Virus record (IMG/VR): IMGVR_UViG_3300018080_000117
Location: 64,001-128,000 of that record
Origin: a virus
Length of the DNA: 64,000 bases
Strand: one strand, 5' to 3'
The translations under genes were made by a program, and so were the position numbers. Positions within the stretch are counted from its first letter, which is position 1. Every line of letters begins with the position of its first letter. Below are positions 44,433 to 53,135 of this stretch, one piece after another. Below the pieces are notes generated by a model. It saw only the letters and a program-made list of their open reading frames with translations. It made no database searches and was not told the origin of the DNA.

Positions 44433-45400
44433 AACGGGCTTTGATCACAGGCATTACAGGACAAGACGGATCTTACCTTTCAGAGTTGCTCTTAGAAAAG
44501 GGTTGGGAAGTGTACGGTTTGATGCGTCGGGCATCTACGTTCAACACCGAACGTATTGACCATTTGCTTTTTCCAAGAGAAAAAATAAATGTGGTTTACG
44601 GAGACTTGGCAGAAGAAGCTGACCAGGTGCTGTACGATCTACGTCCTGACGTGGTGTTCAACCTAGCTGCAATGAGCCACGTTAGAGTTAGCTTTGACAC
44701 ACCGATCTACACAATGGACGTCAACGCTATTGGTCCCCTGCGGTTGCTTGAAGCAATTCGTAAATTAGGTTTGACGAAGAAAACCCGGTTTTATCAAGCC
44801 AGCAGTTCTGAAATGTTTGGTATGAGCCCTCCCCCTCAAAACGAAGAGACGTGTTTTCACCCTTGCAGTCCGTATGGTGCTGCAAAGCTTGCTGCGTACT
44901 GGCTGGTACGAACCTACAGAGACGGCTACGGCATCCATGCGACAAATGGGATATTGCACAACCACGAGTCGCCACGTCGTGGAAAAAACTTTGTGACTGC
45001 AAAGATCGTCGATTCTGCAGTACGGATCAAATTGGGGCTGCAAAAAGAATTGGTGTTAGGCAACCTCGAAGCTAAGCGTGACTGGGGCCACAGCAAAGAT
45101 TATATGCGTGCCATTTTTATGATGATGGAACACGACACACCAGGAGACTGGCTTGTTGCCACACACGAAATCTATTCAGTCAAAGAGTTCTTGATCAAGG
45201 TGTTCGAGAAGCTTGATATGGACTGGGAAAAGTACGTACGGTACGACTCTCGATACACCCGACCTAAAGAGGTTCCTGCGTTGCAAGGAGACCCAACTAA
45301 AATCAAAAAAGAGATCGGCTGGGAACCCGAAATCACAGTACAAGACTTGATTGATGAAATGATCGAGTGCTCGATGAAAGAGCATCGGAGCAAGCTGTGA
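44429..45400 (+). CDS. gmd: GDP-mannose 4,6-dehydratase
   Basis: ALITGITGQDGSYL, NLAAMSHV.VSF, YQASSSEMFG, SPYGAAK, NHESPRRG, GNL.AKRDWGH. Confidence 0.97.
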   Translation: MKRALITGITGQDGSYLSELLLEKGWEVYGLMRRASTFNTERIDHLLFPREKINVVYGDLAEEADQVLYDLRPDVVFNLAAMSHVRVSFDTPIYTMDVNAIGPLRLLEAIRKLGLTKKTRFYQASSSEMFGMSPPPQNEETCFHPCSPYGAAKLAAYWLVRTYRDGYGIHATNGILHNHESPRRGKNFVTAKIVDSAVRIKLGLQKELVLGNLEAKRDWGHSKDYMRAIFMMMEHDTPGDWLVATHEIYSVKEFLIKVFEKLDMDWEKYVRYDSRYTRPKEVPALQGDPTKIKKEIGWEPEITVQDLIDEMIECSMKEHRSKL

Positions 45401-45807
45401 CTAAGATAGTAGGAAACGATGGAGAGCTTTTGGGGATTGTAGACAGCCTGCATACGTGTGTCGATCCTTTGGAGTTTATTACAGACCCAAAACAAGATAT
45501 CCAAGTTGCTAAGTTTTTGCGCCAAACAGGAGACAACCTAAAACCTCACGCACATCTGTACCGCCCGCGTGTGATTTCACAAACCCAAGAAGTCTTGTTC
45601 GTGTTTCGCGGATTGCTGAAGCTAGTTGTTTACGGCAACGACCGCAGAGTTGTGCATCAACAGCACTTACGCCCTGGAGACTTTTACACGTACTTAGCAG
45701 GAGGCGTGGGTTACGAAGTTATTCAAGGACCGGCAGCAATGCTTGAGGTAAAAGCCGGAAGCTACAAAGTCAAATCCGATTCCGAAGATCGGGAGCTTAT
45801 CAAGTGA
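45397..45807 (+). CDS. WbuC-like cupin-fold protein
   Basis: PHAH...R....TQEVL.V..G, MLEVKAG.Y; GTG start overlaps the gmd stop. Confidence 0.7.
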   Translation: MTKIVGNDGELLGIVDSLHTCVDPLEFITDPKQDIQVAKFLRQTGDNLKPHAHLYRPRVISQTQEVLFVFRGLLKLVVYGNDRRVVHQQHLRPGDFYTYLAGGVGYEVIQGPAAMLEVKAGSYKVKSDSEDRELIK

Positions 45808-46886
45808 TTCCTCAAATCGAACCCTGGATAACCCCAAAGGACCAAGACTTAGTAAATCTGTATCTCAAATCTGGCGGGTGGATCACAGAGCATAAAACCA
45901 CAAACATTTTCGAAGCCGAGATTGCAAGCTACGTAGGTTCTCGATACGCAACTATGGTCCCTAGCGGAACGACTGCTCTTTACTTAGCTTTGGAGGCTCT
46001 TGAGCTTAGGAGAAAAAGAGTCATCGTCCCCAACTACACAATGATCGCAACGATCAACGCGGTAATTGCAGCAGGAGCACAGCCCATTGTTGCTGACGTT
46101 GACCCCAAAAGTTTTTGTTTGGATCTGAAAAAACTAGAACCGTGCGATGCTGTTATCTACGTTGCAATTAATGGCAGATCTGACGGGCTGGAAAAGTTAG
46201 CCAAAAAATGTAAAAGCTCAAACACGTACTTGATAGAAGATGCTTGCCAAGCCTTTGGATCGAAAACTGACAAGGAAAAGTACGTAGGAACCATTGGCGA
46301 TATTGGTGTTTACTCGTTCACACCACACAAAATAATAACGACCGGTCAAGGCGGTGCAATTGTAACGAACAACAAAGAGGTAACGAAAGCTATTCGCCAA
46401 CTAAAAGATTTCGGTCGGGTAGAGCCGGGTGTAGATTTACACACTGCCTTTGGGATGAACTACAAGTTCACCGATCTGCAAGCTTCTTTAGGCATTTCAC
46501 AACTTAGTACGATCGAAGTGCGAACCAGCATCAAACGAGACATACTACGCAGGTATCGATCTAACCTAAAAGACACTCGCTTCGAAATTCCAGAGGGTAA
46601 TTGCGAGGGCTACGTTCCTTGGTTCGTCGAGATTCTTTGCAAAGACAAAACGGATCGCGACTACGTTGGACAAGTCTTGAAAGGCAAACAAATTGGATCA
46701 CGACCTTTCTACCCGATCCTTAGTACACAACCTGTGTTTTCAGGACTAAACGGATCTTACCTCCCGCAAACCAACGGATTAAGTAACTCCAAAAACATTT
46801 CGGAAAGAGGTTTGTGGTTGCCTTCTTCGTGCTGCTTGGAAAAAGAGGAAATCGACTCAGTCTGCGAGGTACTAAAAAAGCTATGA
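45804..46886 (+). CDS. DegT/DnrJ/EryC1/StrS sugar aminotransferase (perosamine-synthase-like)
   Basis: SGTTAL, IEDACQAFG, YSFTPHKIITTGQGG with the PLP lysine, G.NYK.TDLQA. Confidence 0.92.
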   Translation: MIPQIEPWITPKDQDLVNLYLKSGGWITEHKTTNIFEAEIASYVGSRYATMVPSGTTALYLALEALELRRKRVIVPNYTMIATINAVIAAGAQPIVADVDPKSFCLDLKKLEPCDAVIYVAINGRSDGLEKLAKKCKSSNTYLIEDACQAFGSKTDKEKYVGTIGDIGVYSFTPHKIITTGQGGAIVTNNKEVTKAIRQLKDFGRVEPGVDLHTAFGMNYKFTDLQASLGISQLSTIEVRTSIKRDILRRYRSNLKDTRFEIPEGNCEGYVPWFVEILCKDKTDRDYVGQVLKGKQIGSRPFYPILSTQPVFSGLNGSYLPQTNGLSNSKNISERGLWLPSSCCLEKEEIDSVCEVLKKL

Positions 46887-47428
46887 AATTGCATCTAGGT
46901 TGTGGAAAACGTTATTTGCCAGGCTTTGTACATGTCGATGTCTCTTACGATTGCGGGCCGCATATCGACTATTGTCAAAGTATAACGGACCTAACCAATT
47001 TCGAATCGGAGTCCGTTGAGCTAATCTATGCTTCTCATGTGTTTGAGTACTTTCCGAAAGAGCAAGTCCCTGACGTGTTAGATGAGTGGCGGCGGGTGCT
47101 GCAAAAAGAAGGCGTTTTGCGTTTAGCTGTTCCTGACTTTGCAGCTTTGTGCGACGTTTACAAAATGACAGGGAAGCTTGATTACATTCTTGGTCCTTTG
47201 TATGGGCATTGGACCACGGGCGAAGTCAAAATGCAACACGCTACTTGCTACGATATTGCTACCCTAACTAACGTTTTAGTCGATGCAGGGTTTTACACGA
47301 TACGTGGTTGGGATTGGAGAACAGTTTTTGCCGATATGGACTACGACGACTACTCCCAGGCTTACGTACCTCACATGGACAAAGACAGCGGCATTCACAT
47401 TTCCCTCAACCTCGAAGCGGTTAAATGA
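46883..47428 (+). CDS. class I SAM-dependent methyltransferase (glycan-associated type 11)
   Basis: KLHLGCG, YASHVFE, EWRRVL..EG.LRLAVPD, SLNLEA.K. Confidence 0.88.
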   Translation: MKLHLGCGKRYLPGFVHVDVSYDCGPHIDYCQSITDLTNFESESVELIYASHVFEYFPKEQVPDVLDEWRRVLQKEGVLRLAVPDFAALCDVYKMTGKLDYILGPLYGHWTTGEVKMQHATCYDIATLTNVLVDAGFYTIRGWDWRTVFADMDYDDYSQAYVPHMDKDSGIHISLNLEAVK

Positions 47429-48165
47429 GCTACGCAGTTACAATCGGTGTCTGTACGTTCAACCGCCTGCCGATCACTGCAAAATACCTTCCTTCGATCG
47501 TTGAGCGCGTTGGGGACATCGACGCAGAAATAATTATTTGGGATAACTTTTCAAACGACGGCACGTTTGATTGGCTCTGGGAGTGGTCTAAATCTATCCC
47601 GCAAGAAATAAAAATCGTTGGAAGCACGTGCAACCTAGGCATGGAAGCATTCAACCGCATCGCTGCCATGGGGGAAGGGCAATACTTTCTCAAAATCGAT
47701 GACGACTTAGAAGTTCCACGTAACTTTGCTCAACGCCTTGTAAGAGCCCACAGGCTCATTGACGACGAAAAGCTACTGTACCTGTCTTGGGACCTTCAAT
47801 GGGCAGGTACAGCATCCTTTGCCCTCAGAAGCGGTACTCAGATGTACCGAGATGACCGAGGGTACCAAGCCAAGATCAAAGGTGGAACCGGGCTAATCAC
47901 AAATTGGGGGCACAAGTGGTTGGTCAACGGAGCTTGTCGCCTAAGCCCACGAGATAAGTTTTTGCAGTGTGGGGGGCACCCGAAAGGCGCTCTGTACGGA
48001 ATCGACTTTCGGGTAAGCAAAGCAGCTTACAAACACGGCTACCGGGTTGGGTTTTGGCACGTCCCTGGAGAACTAATAATCCATTGCGAAGAACCCGACG
48101 CACCAGGCTACCGCCAATTCAAGGATCGTGAACTAAGAAAAAATAAAGGCCCTCGTCACGTCTAA
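47425..48165 (+). CDS. GT2-family glycosyltransferase
   Basis: CTFNR, IWDNFSNDGT, KIDDD. Confidence 0.88.
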   Translation: MSYAVTIGVCTFNRLPITAKYLPSIVERVGDIDAEIIIWDNFSNDGTFDWLWEWSKSIPQEIKIVGSTCNLGMEAFNRIAAMGEGQYFLKIDDDLEVPRNFAQRLVRAHRLIDDEKLLYLSWDLQWAGTASFALRSGTQMYRDDRGYQAKIKGGTGLITNWGHKWLVNGACRLSPRDKFLQCGGHPKGALYGIDFRVSKAAYKHGYRVGFWHVPGELIIHCEEPDAPGYRQFKDRELRKNKGPRHV

Positions 48166-48177
48166 GGAAACCAGCAA

Positions 48178-48975
48178 ATGCCCCATAAAGACGGATTCGT
48201 ACCCGAACTAAGTATTGTGATCCCCACGGTCAACCAAGCAACTCTGACTGTCAGGTGCTTTGCCTCGATACGAAAATGGACTAAGACACCTTATGAAATT
48301 GTTTGGGTGGACAACGGATCCCGACAAGAGGAGCACAACATTATTTTGAAGCAAGCCAGGTGTCCCCGTGTGCACACCAAGCTGGTGCGCTTCAAGCACA
48401 ACACAGGTTTTGTCAGAGGGACCAACGCGGGGATCAAAGAAGCAGAGGGTAAGTACGTCGTCTTGCTAAACAACGACACCGAGGTCACAGTCAACTGGGA
48501 TAAAAAACTAATCTACCCTTTGGCAAAAGACCCTAAGGTCGGATGTGTTGGCCCAATTACCCAAAGCAAAATCGCTTGGCAGGAGGCGTGCTCTCTAAAC
48601 GCACGTTGGCAATTGGGGTTGCCCACGTACCGAGCTAATCCTGGGGAGTACGCCCGCGACTTAGATCGCAATTTTGGCAAAAGGTACATTGACACTAAGA
48701 AGCTTCCACTAAGTTTTTTCTGTGCTGCTTTTCGTCGTGAGACCTTTGATCGATACGGTGTTCTTTGTGAGGATTTCGGGTATGGATTAGGTGACGACGA
48801 CGAGTATTGTCACCGCCTACGGTCTGCAGGGTTGCAATTGGTTTTGAGCTTAGGGACGTTTGTAATGCACCACCACCGGACAACCTTCTCTGCTTTAGGC
48901 CTAAACGTGGACGGTATTCGCAGACACAATATTGGCGTTCTGCGGGACAAGACACGTAAAAAACCCGGAGGCTGA
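48178..48975 (+). CDS. GT2-family glycosyltransferase
   Basis: SIVIPT, VDNGS, GF..G.NAG, LLNND, FFCAAF, GLGDDDEYC.R. Confidence 0.92.
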   Translation: MPHKDGFVPELSIVIPTVNQATLTVRCFASIRKWTKTPYEIVWVDNGSRQEEHNIILKQARCPRVHTKLVRFKHNTGFVRGTNAGIKEAEGKYVVLLNNDTEVTVNWDKKLIYPLAKDPKVGCVGPITQSKIAWQEACSLNARWQLGLPTYRANPGEYARDLDRNFGKRYIDTKKLPLSFFCAAFRRETFDRYGVLCEDFGYGLGDDDEYCHRLRSAGLQLVLSLGTFVMHHHRTTFSALGLNVDGIRRHNIGVLRDKTRKKPGG

Positions 48976-48980
48976 TTAGT

Positions 48981-49850
48981 ATGACCACCCATTTACTTAC
49001 GCACACCGACCTTGACGGGGTTGCTTGCGCCGCTTTGTTTTCTAAATTCCACAAAGACGCGGGAGACATTTACTATTGCGAACCGTACAACGTAGATGAC
49101 AACGCAACCAAAATACTCGCAGAACACCCTAAAGACGTTCTTTTGATTAGCGATCTCTGCCCAACAAAGGTTGATGACCCAAGGCTAATTATTTTCGATC
49201 ATCATCAAACCGCCACACCTAAGACAGAAGCAAAAACGGTCTTCAATTTCAAAGTGTCGGCTACCGAGATCATGTTTGATCACATGGTCGAAGTAGGCGA
49301 GATTTGGGAGCGTTGGGTTGACTTTGTCAAAGCAGTGACTGCCTACGATTGTTGGCTTCTCGACAGTCCTCACCGACAATGGGGAGAGCACCTCAACCTT
49401 ATGCTTCATTTCTTAGGTCGTGATTGTTTTTTTAATCGGTTGATCACCAGAGGACCGCACGGGGCTGTTGACACAGAGGTTGTGGAAGCTCTGTTGCGCA
49501 ACCAAGAAAAACGAATCAGCAAGTACTTACAAAAAGACTTGCCTCTTTATCAGGATTTAGCGGGCAACACTTTTACCGTTGTGGTTGCGTTTCAAGACAT
49601 CAGCCAGTTAGCAAGCACCATTCTCAAGAAGTGTCCTGAGATCGAATACGTTGCCATAGTCACACACTCTACGGTGTCTTTGAGATCTCGAAAAGAAGCC
49701 ACAAAACTAATCAATGTTGCAGACATCGCAAAGATACTAAGTGGAGGTGGGCACGCTACAGCCTCCGGATACCCAAAGCTCGACCCGTTTAGGTTGGTCA
49801 AGGACGAAGTAGCTAACGAAATAATCACCTTAGAGCAACTCCATGCTTGA
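48981..49850 (+). CDS. DHH/DHHA1 phosphoesterase (NrnB-like)
   Basis: THTDLDG, ISD, FDHH, SAT, SLRS, GGGH..ASG. Confidence 0.9.
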   Translation: MTTHLLTHTDLDGVACAALFSKFHKDAGDIYYCEPYNVDDNATKILAEHPKDVLLISDLCPTKVDDPRLIIFDHHQTATPKTEAKTVFNFKVSATEIMFDHMVEVGEIWERWVDFVKAVTAYDCWLLDSPHRQWGEHLNLMLHFLGRDCFFNRLITRGPHGAVDTEVVEALLRNQEKRISKYLQKDLPLYQDLAGNTFTVVVAFQDISQLASTILKKCPEIEYVAIVTHSTVSLRSRKEATKLINVADIAKILSGGGHATASGYPKLDPFRLVKDEVANEIITLEQLHA

Positions 49851-50082
49851 AAACCACATTGCTAACTTTGCAGGTCTGCGAACAAAAGCCTACGTTGACC
49901 TAATTGGGCTTTCTTCATTTTTGATAAACGACGCCCGTAAAGCTAGCAAAAAAGAAGTGGTTGCTTGGATAAAAGAAGCCAAGGCCTTTCGTGAGTACAT
50001 GTCGAACGAACTCAAAGACATAATCACCGCAGCAGGTAAAGAGCTGATAAAAGATGCCCAAAAACGAGAAAATTCTAGGTGA
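49843..50082 (+). CDS. small helical protein (paralogue of the next gene)
   Basis: KKEVVAWIKEA...ELKDIITAAGKELIK. Confidence 0.6.
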   Translation: MLENHIANFAGLRTKAYVDLIGLSSFLINDARKASKKEVVAWIKEAKAFREYMSNELKDIITAAGKELIKDAQKRENSR

Positions 50083-50302
50083 AAACCTAGTCCATGAAGC
50101 TTGGCTTATTTACAGAAGTCGTATTTTTGCTAAGCTAACAGTTCTTGCCGAAATCGCGAAAAAGGAAAAAGTTTCGAACAAAGAGATTCGTGCTTGGGCG
50201 GCAGAAGCCAACCAAATACACCGAGACTTTGAAAGAGATCTGAGAAAACTTATCAACAAAACCGGCAAGACTCTTCTTAAGAGAATCGAGAAAAAGAAAT
50301 AG
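50054..50302 (+). CDS. small helical protein (paralogue of the previous gene)
   Basis: NKEIRAWAAEA...DLRKLINKTGKTLLK. Confidence 0.6.
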   Translation: MPKNEKILGENLVHEAWLIYRSRIFAKLTVLAEIAKKEKVSNKEIRAWAAEANQIHRDFERDLRKLINKTGKTLLKRIEKKK

Positions 50303-50314
50303 GAGACACCTGAA

Positions 50315-51190
50315 ATGAGAAGGGTGTTTTTGACGACCGTCAAACGTGGGTCAAACAAAGAACTCACTGGCTACCTTTTAGAGCTAAATTGGTATGAAGG
50401 AACCATAAAACAAAAAGTAGCCATACCAGAGCCATCAATTGAAAAAGAAGGGTTCTGGAACCCACGAGGGGGAAATCGAGGCTGTAGAGGAATCAAACAC
50501 CACAACGGTTTTTTGTACGTAGCAACGGCTACGACAATTCGAAAACTTGACCGAACCCTCAACCTAGTCCAAACGATTACGCACCCGTTATTTTCAGGTA
50601 TTCATGATATTTTAGTAGACGACGAAGGAATTACCATTTCTTGCTCTCTTCGAGATCTTATTCTAAAAGTGGATTTTGAAGGCAACACGCTTTGGAAAAA
50701 ATTCTTAGGTCCTTATGAAGACAAAGACACAATGCACATCAACAACTTGTGTGTACATCAAGGCAACCTTCTTTTTCTATCTTGCAAAAACAAACAAATC
50801 TACGAGTTGAATAAAAACGGGTCTTGCCAATTGCTAATCGAAGACGGTGGCCTTGGAGCCCCTCACGACATTTGTTCTTTACCGAATGGAAATATTGCAG
50901 TCAACAACACCCAAGGACAATCCGTTTGCATTTACAGCTTGGAAAAACACAAGCGGGTTAGAACCATTTCTACCAATGTTCACAGCACTAAGCACCGATC
51001 GGTTCATTTTGCAAGAGCTGGTTGGCAACGAGGAATGACCCACTTCGCAGGTGCCAGTTACTTAGTTGGTACCTCTCCTCTAACCGTATTTCTACTCAAC
51101 TTGCAAACAGGCAAGGTCGATAAAATCGTAAAACTCTCCAATAATGTTGCCCATTGTTCGTACAACATTTGCGTCACAGAGGATTTCTAA
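50315..51190 (+). CDS. beta-propeller protein (DUF4915/arylsulfotransferase-like)
   Basis: Repeated RG / HDI / HIN / PHD / GW.RG blade motifs. Confidence 0.65.
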   Translation: MRRVFLTTVKRGSNKELTGYLLELNWYEGTIKQKVAIPEPSIEKEGFWNPRGGNRGCRGIKHHNGFLYVATATTIRKLDRTLNLVQTITHPLFSGIHDILVDDEGITISCSLRDLILKVDFEGNTLWKKFLGPYEDKDTMHINNLCVHQGNLLFLSCKNKQIYELNKNGSCQLLIEDGGLGAPHDICSLPNGNIAVNNTQGQSVCIYSLEKHKRVRTISTNVHSTKHRSVHFARAGWQRGMTHFAGASYLVGTSPLTVFLLNLQTGKVDKIVKLSNNVAHCSYNICVTEDF

Positions 51191-51411
51191 TGCAAACAAT
51201 CGAAATCAGATACAGCGGCACCCTAATCGGTGTGATCTCAATAACTGACGAAACGGGTTTTCCTGTTGTCAAACGCCCCAAAAGAAAGTACGGGTACACA
51301 TTCACGCGGGTTCAGGATGGTCGTGTTGTTCGTGGCCAAGTAGAACATAACTCAAACGAGATGTGTGACGTACGGCTTTACAATAAAATTCTTAGTGAGG
51401 TAGCAAAATGA
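51190..51411 (+). CDS. hypothetical protein
   Basis: ATG overlaps the upstream stop. Confidence 0.5.
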   Translation: MQTIEIRYSGTLIGVISITDETGFPVVKRPKRKYGYTFTRVQDGRVVRGQVEHNSNEMCDVRLYNKILSEVAK

Positions 51412-51719
51412 GTTACTATTTGATCACGTGCGACATTGACGGGACAGGGAAAAAACCTCGATTAGCAACAGACCGAGAAAACCACTGGGGCGAGCCTGAA
51501 GTTTATTTTATTGATGAAGATTTTGGCGAGACCATGACAATCGAAGAGTACCAGGAGGAATTCCCCAAAAACAAGGTTACCAAGATCGATTTACAAGACA
51601 CGCTAAAAGCTAACTACTACCGCAAAGCTTTAGAACTAATCGTCCACAAATGTGTCGACGACCCCGAGACTGCACAATTTGCTAACGAAGTTTTGCACAA
51701 CAATTGGGTTGAGCAATAA
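51408..51719 (+). CDS. hypothetical protein
   Basis: GAGG RBS, 103 aa. Confidence 0.55.
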   Translation: MSYYLITCDIDGTGKKPRLATDRENHWGEPEVYFIDEDFGETMTIEEYQEEFPKNKVTKIDLQDTLKANYYRKALELIVHKCVDDPETAQFANEVLHNNWVEQ

Positions 51720-51749
51720 CGGCAATCATTTTTTGAAAGGAACGAAAAA

Positions 51750-52163
51750 ATGACCGACGAAAAGAAAACACTTGAAGAATTGTACGAACTATTAGATACG
51801 ATAACCGATGCAGATATCCAAGGCCCATGGAAAGAAGTTTATAACACATTGTCGACACGTGTAGGAATTAAGCAGGCAATAAACACCCTAAAAACTTGGG
51901 AAGAAGTCGTCAACTACGACAACCAACGGCGCGCAGTACGTATTGAGTATGATCGCACTGTGGCTGACCGCCATAAGCAGTTAATCGAATCCCATAAGGA
52001 AGAGGTAGAACGAAACAACCGTTGGATCTGCAGTCTGGAAAAACTTACTGACCAAGACGCGCAAAAAAACGATCTGCTAAGTCAACTAGTCGTAATCGAA
52101 AGCAAGCGTAACGAAATCTTCGAATCCGCACTAGCCACATTCAAAAAACTAACCGAAAAATAA
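51750..52163 (+). CDS. hypothetical coiled-coil protein
   Basis: AAGGA RBS, 137 aa. Confidence 0.55.
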   Translation: MTDEKKTLEELYELLDTITDADIQGPWKEVYNTLSTRVGIKQAINTLKTWEEVVNYDNQRRAVRIEYDRTVADRHKQLIESHKEEVERNNRWICSLEKLTDQDAQKNDLLSQLVVIESKRNEIFESALATFKKLTEK

Positions 52164-52175
52164 TTCCCGACAATT

Positions 52176-53135
52176 ATGAAAATCGTCTACATCATTCAAG
52201 GTGGTGCAGGGGACGTTGTTGCGGCAACCCCCACAATCCGAGGACTGAAAAAAACCTATCCCGAGGACGAACTAATTGTTCTCAGCACGTGGGCGCACAT
52301 GTTGTACGGCAACCCGCATATCGATCGGTTGCTAAGCTTTCAAGTCGAACACGAAATTCGTGAAATATTTAATCAGTTTATCGAACCTCACAAACTCGAC
52401 GAGCTAAGATTTGTCAAAGACAGGTTTCCTTATGACGCTTTCTTTGACTATCCGAGATTCAATTCAAAAACGCTTCCCGAGTACATCTGCCGAGTCAACA
52501 ACGTCGAATACGACGGGAAGCCTCCCGACTACGTAATAACAGAGTTCGAGAAGTGTGCAGCCAAAGAATGGATGATGCAGTTCACAAAACCGGTTGTGCT
52601 GCTACACACACAAGGAGTTATGAGTCTGAAAAGCATTCCATCCAAAACAATGCAAAAATTTATTAGAAGCTATTCGAACGAGTTTGATTTTGTCCAAATC
52701 GGTGCGGCAAACGATCCACCGATTGAAAATACGCACAATGCTCTGGGAATGCCGATGCGCGATACCTGTTCAATATTGCCATTGGCGAAACACCGAATCT
52801 TGATTGACTCTGTTTTTGCGCACGTTAGCGCAGCCCTCAGACTAAAGAGCATCGTAGCGTTTCACGCAACCGATCCTAAATTTTTCGGTTACGAAAATCA
52901 CATCAACATTTCTAACAGCAATTGCCAGTGCCCTCTTTGGCCTTGCAACCGCCCGGTGGGAAGCATTCATAAATTTATGCCAGGATACAAAAACCTAAAA
53001 ACCGGTGGGGTCATGCACTGGCACTGCGCAAACCAGACTTGCGTTGTGGATTCTGAGACGTTAGACGCGGGGTTCGATCTAGCAGCATGCGAAGAAAAAA
53101 AGATACCAAATTTGGAAGACGCTAGAAAATCTTAG
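52176..53135 (+). CDS. GT9-family (heptosyltransferase-like) glycosyltransferase
   Basis: GGAGDVV.ATP.IR.LK..YP, NPHID, VQIG, IDSVFAHVSAAL, Cys-rich end. Confidence 0.85.
   Translation: MKIVYIIQGGAGDVVAATPTIRGLKKTYPEDELIVLSTWAHMLYGNPHIDRLLSFQVEHEIREIFNQFIEPHKLDELRFVKDRFPYDAFFDYPRFNSKTLPEYICRVNNVEYDGKPPDYVITEFEKCAAKEWMMQFTKPVVLLHTQGVMSLKSIPSKTMQKFIRSYSNEFDFVQIGAANDPPIENTHNALGMPMRDTCSILPLAKHRILIDSVFAHVSAALRLKSIVAFHATDPKFFGYENHINISNSNCQCPLWPCNRPVGSIHKFMPGYKNLKTGGVMHWHCANQTCVVDSETLDAGFDLAACEEKKIPNLEDARKS

Noticed and set aside
39673-53135. Bacterial O-antigen locus (host chromosome)
   Set aside because: The genes are interleaved with phage lysis, baseplate and hypothetical genes, and wzx/wzy/wzz or ABC export genes are absent.
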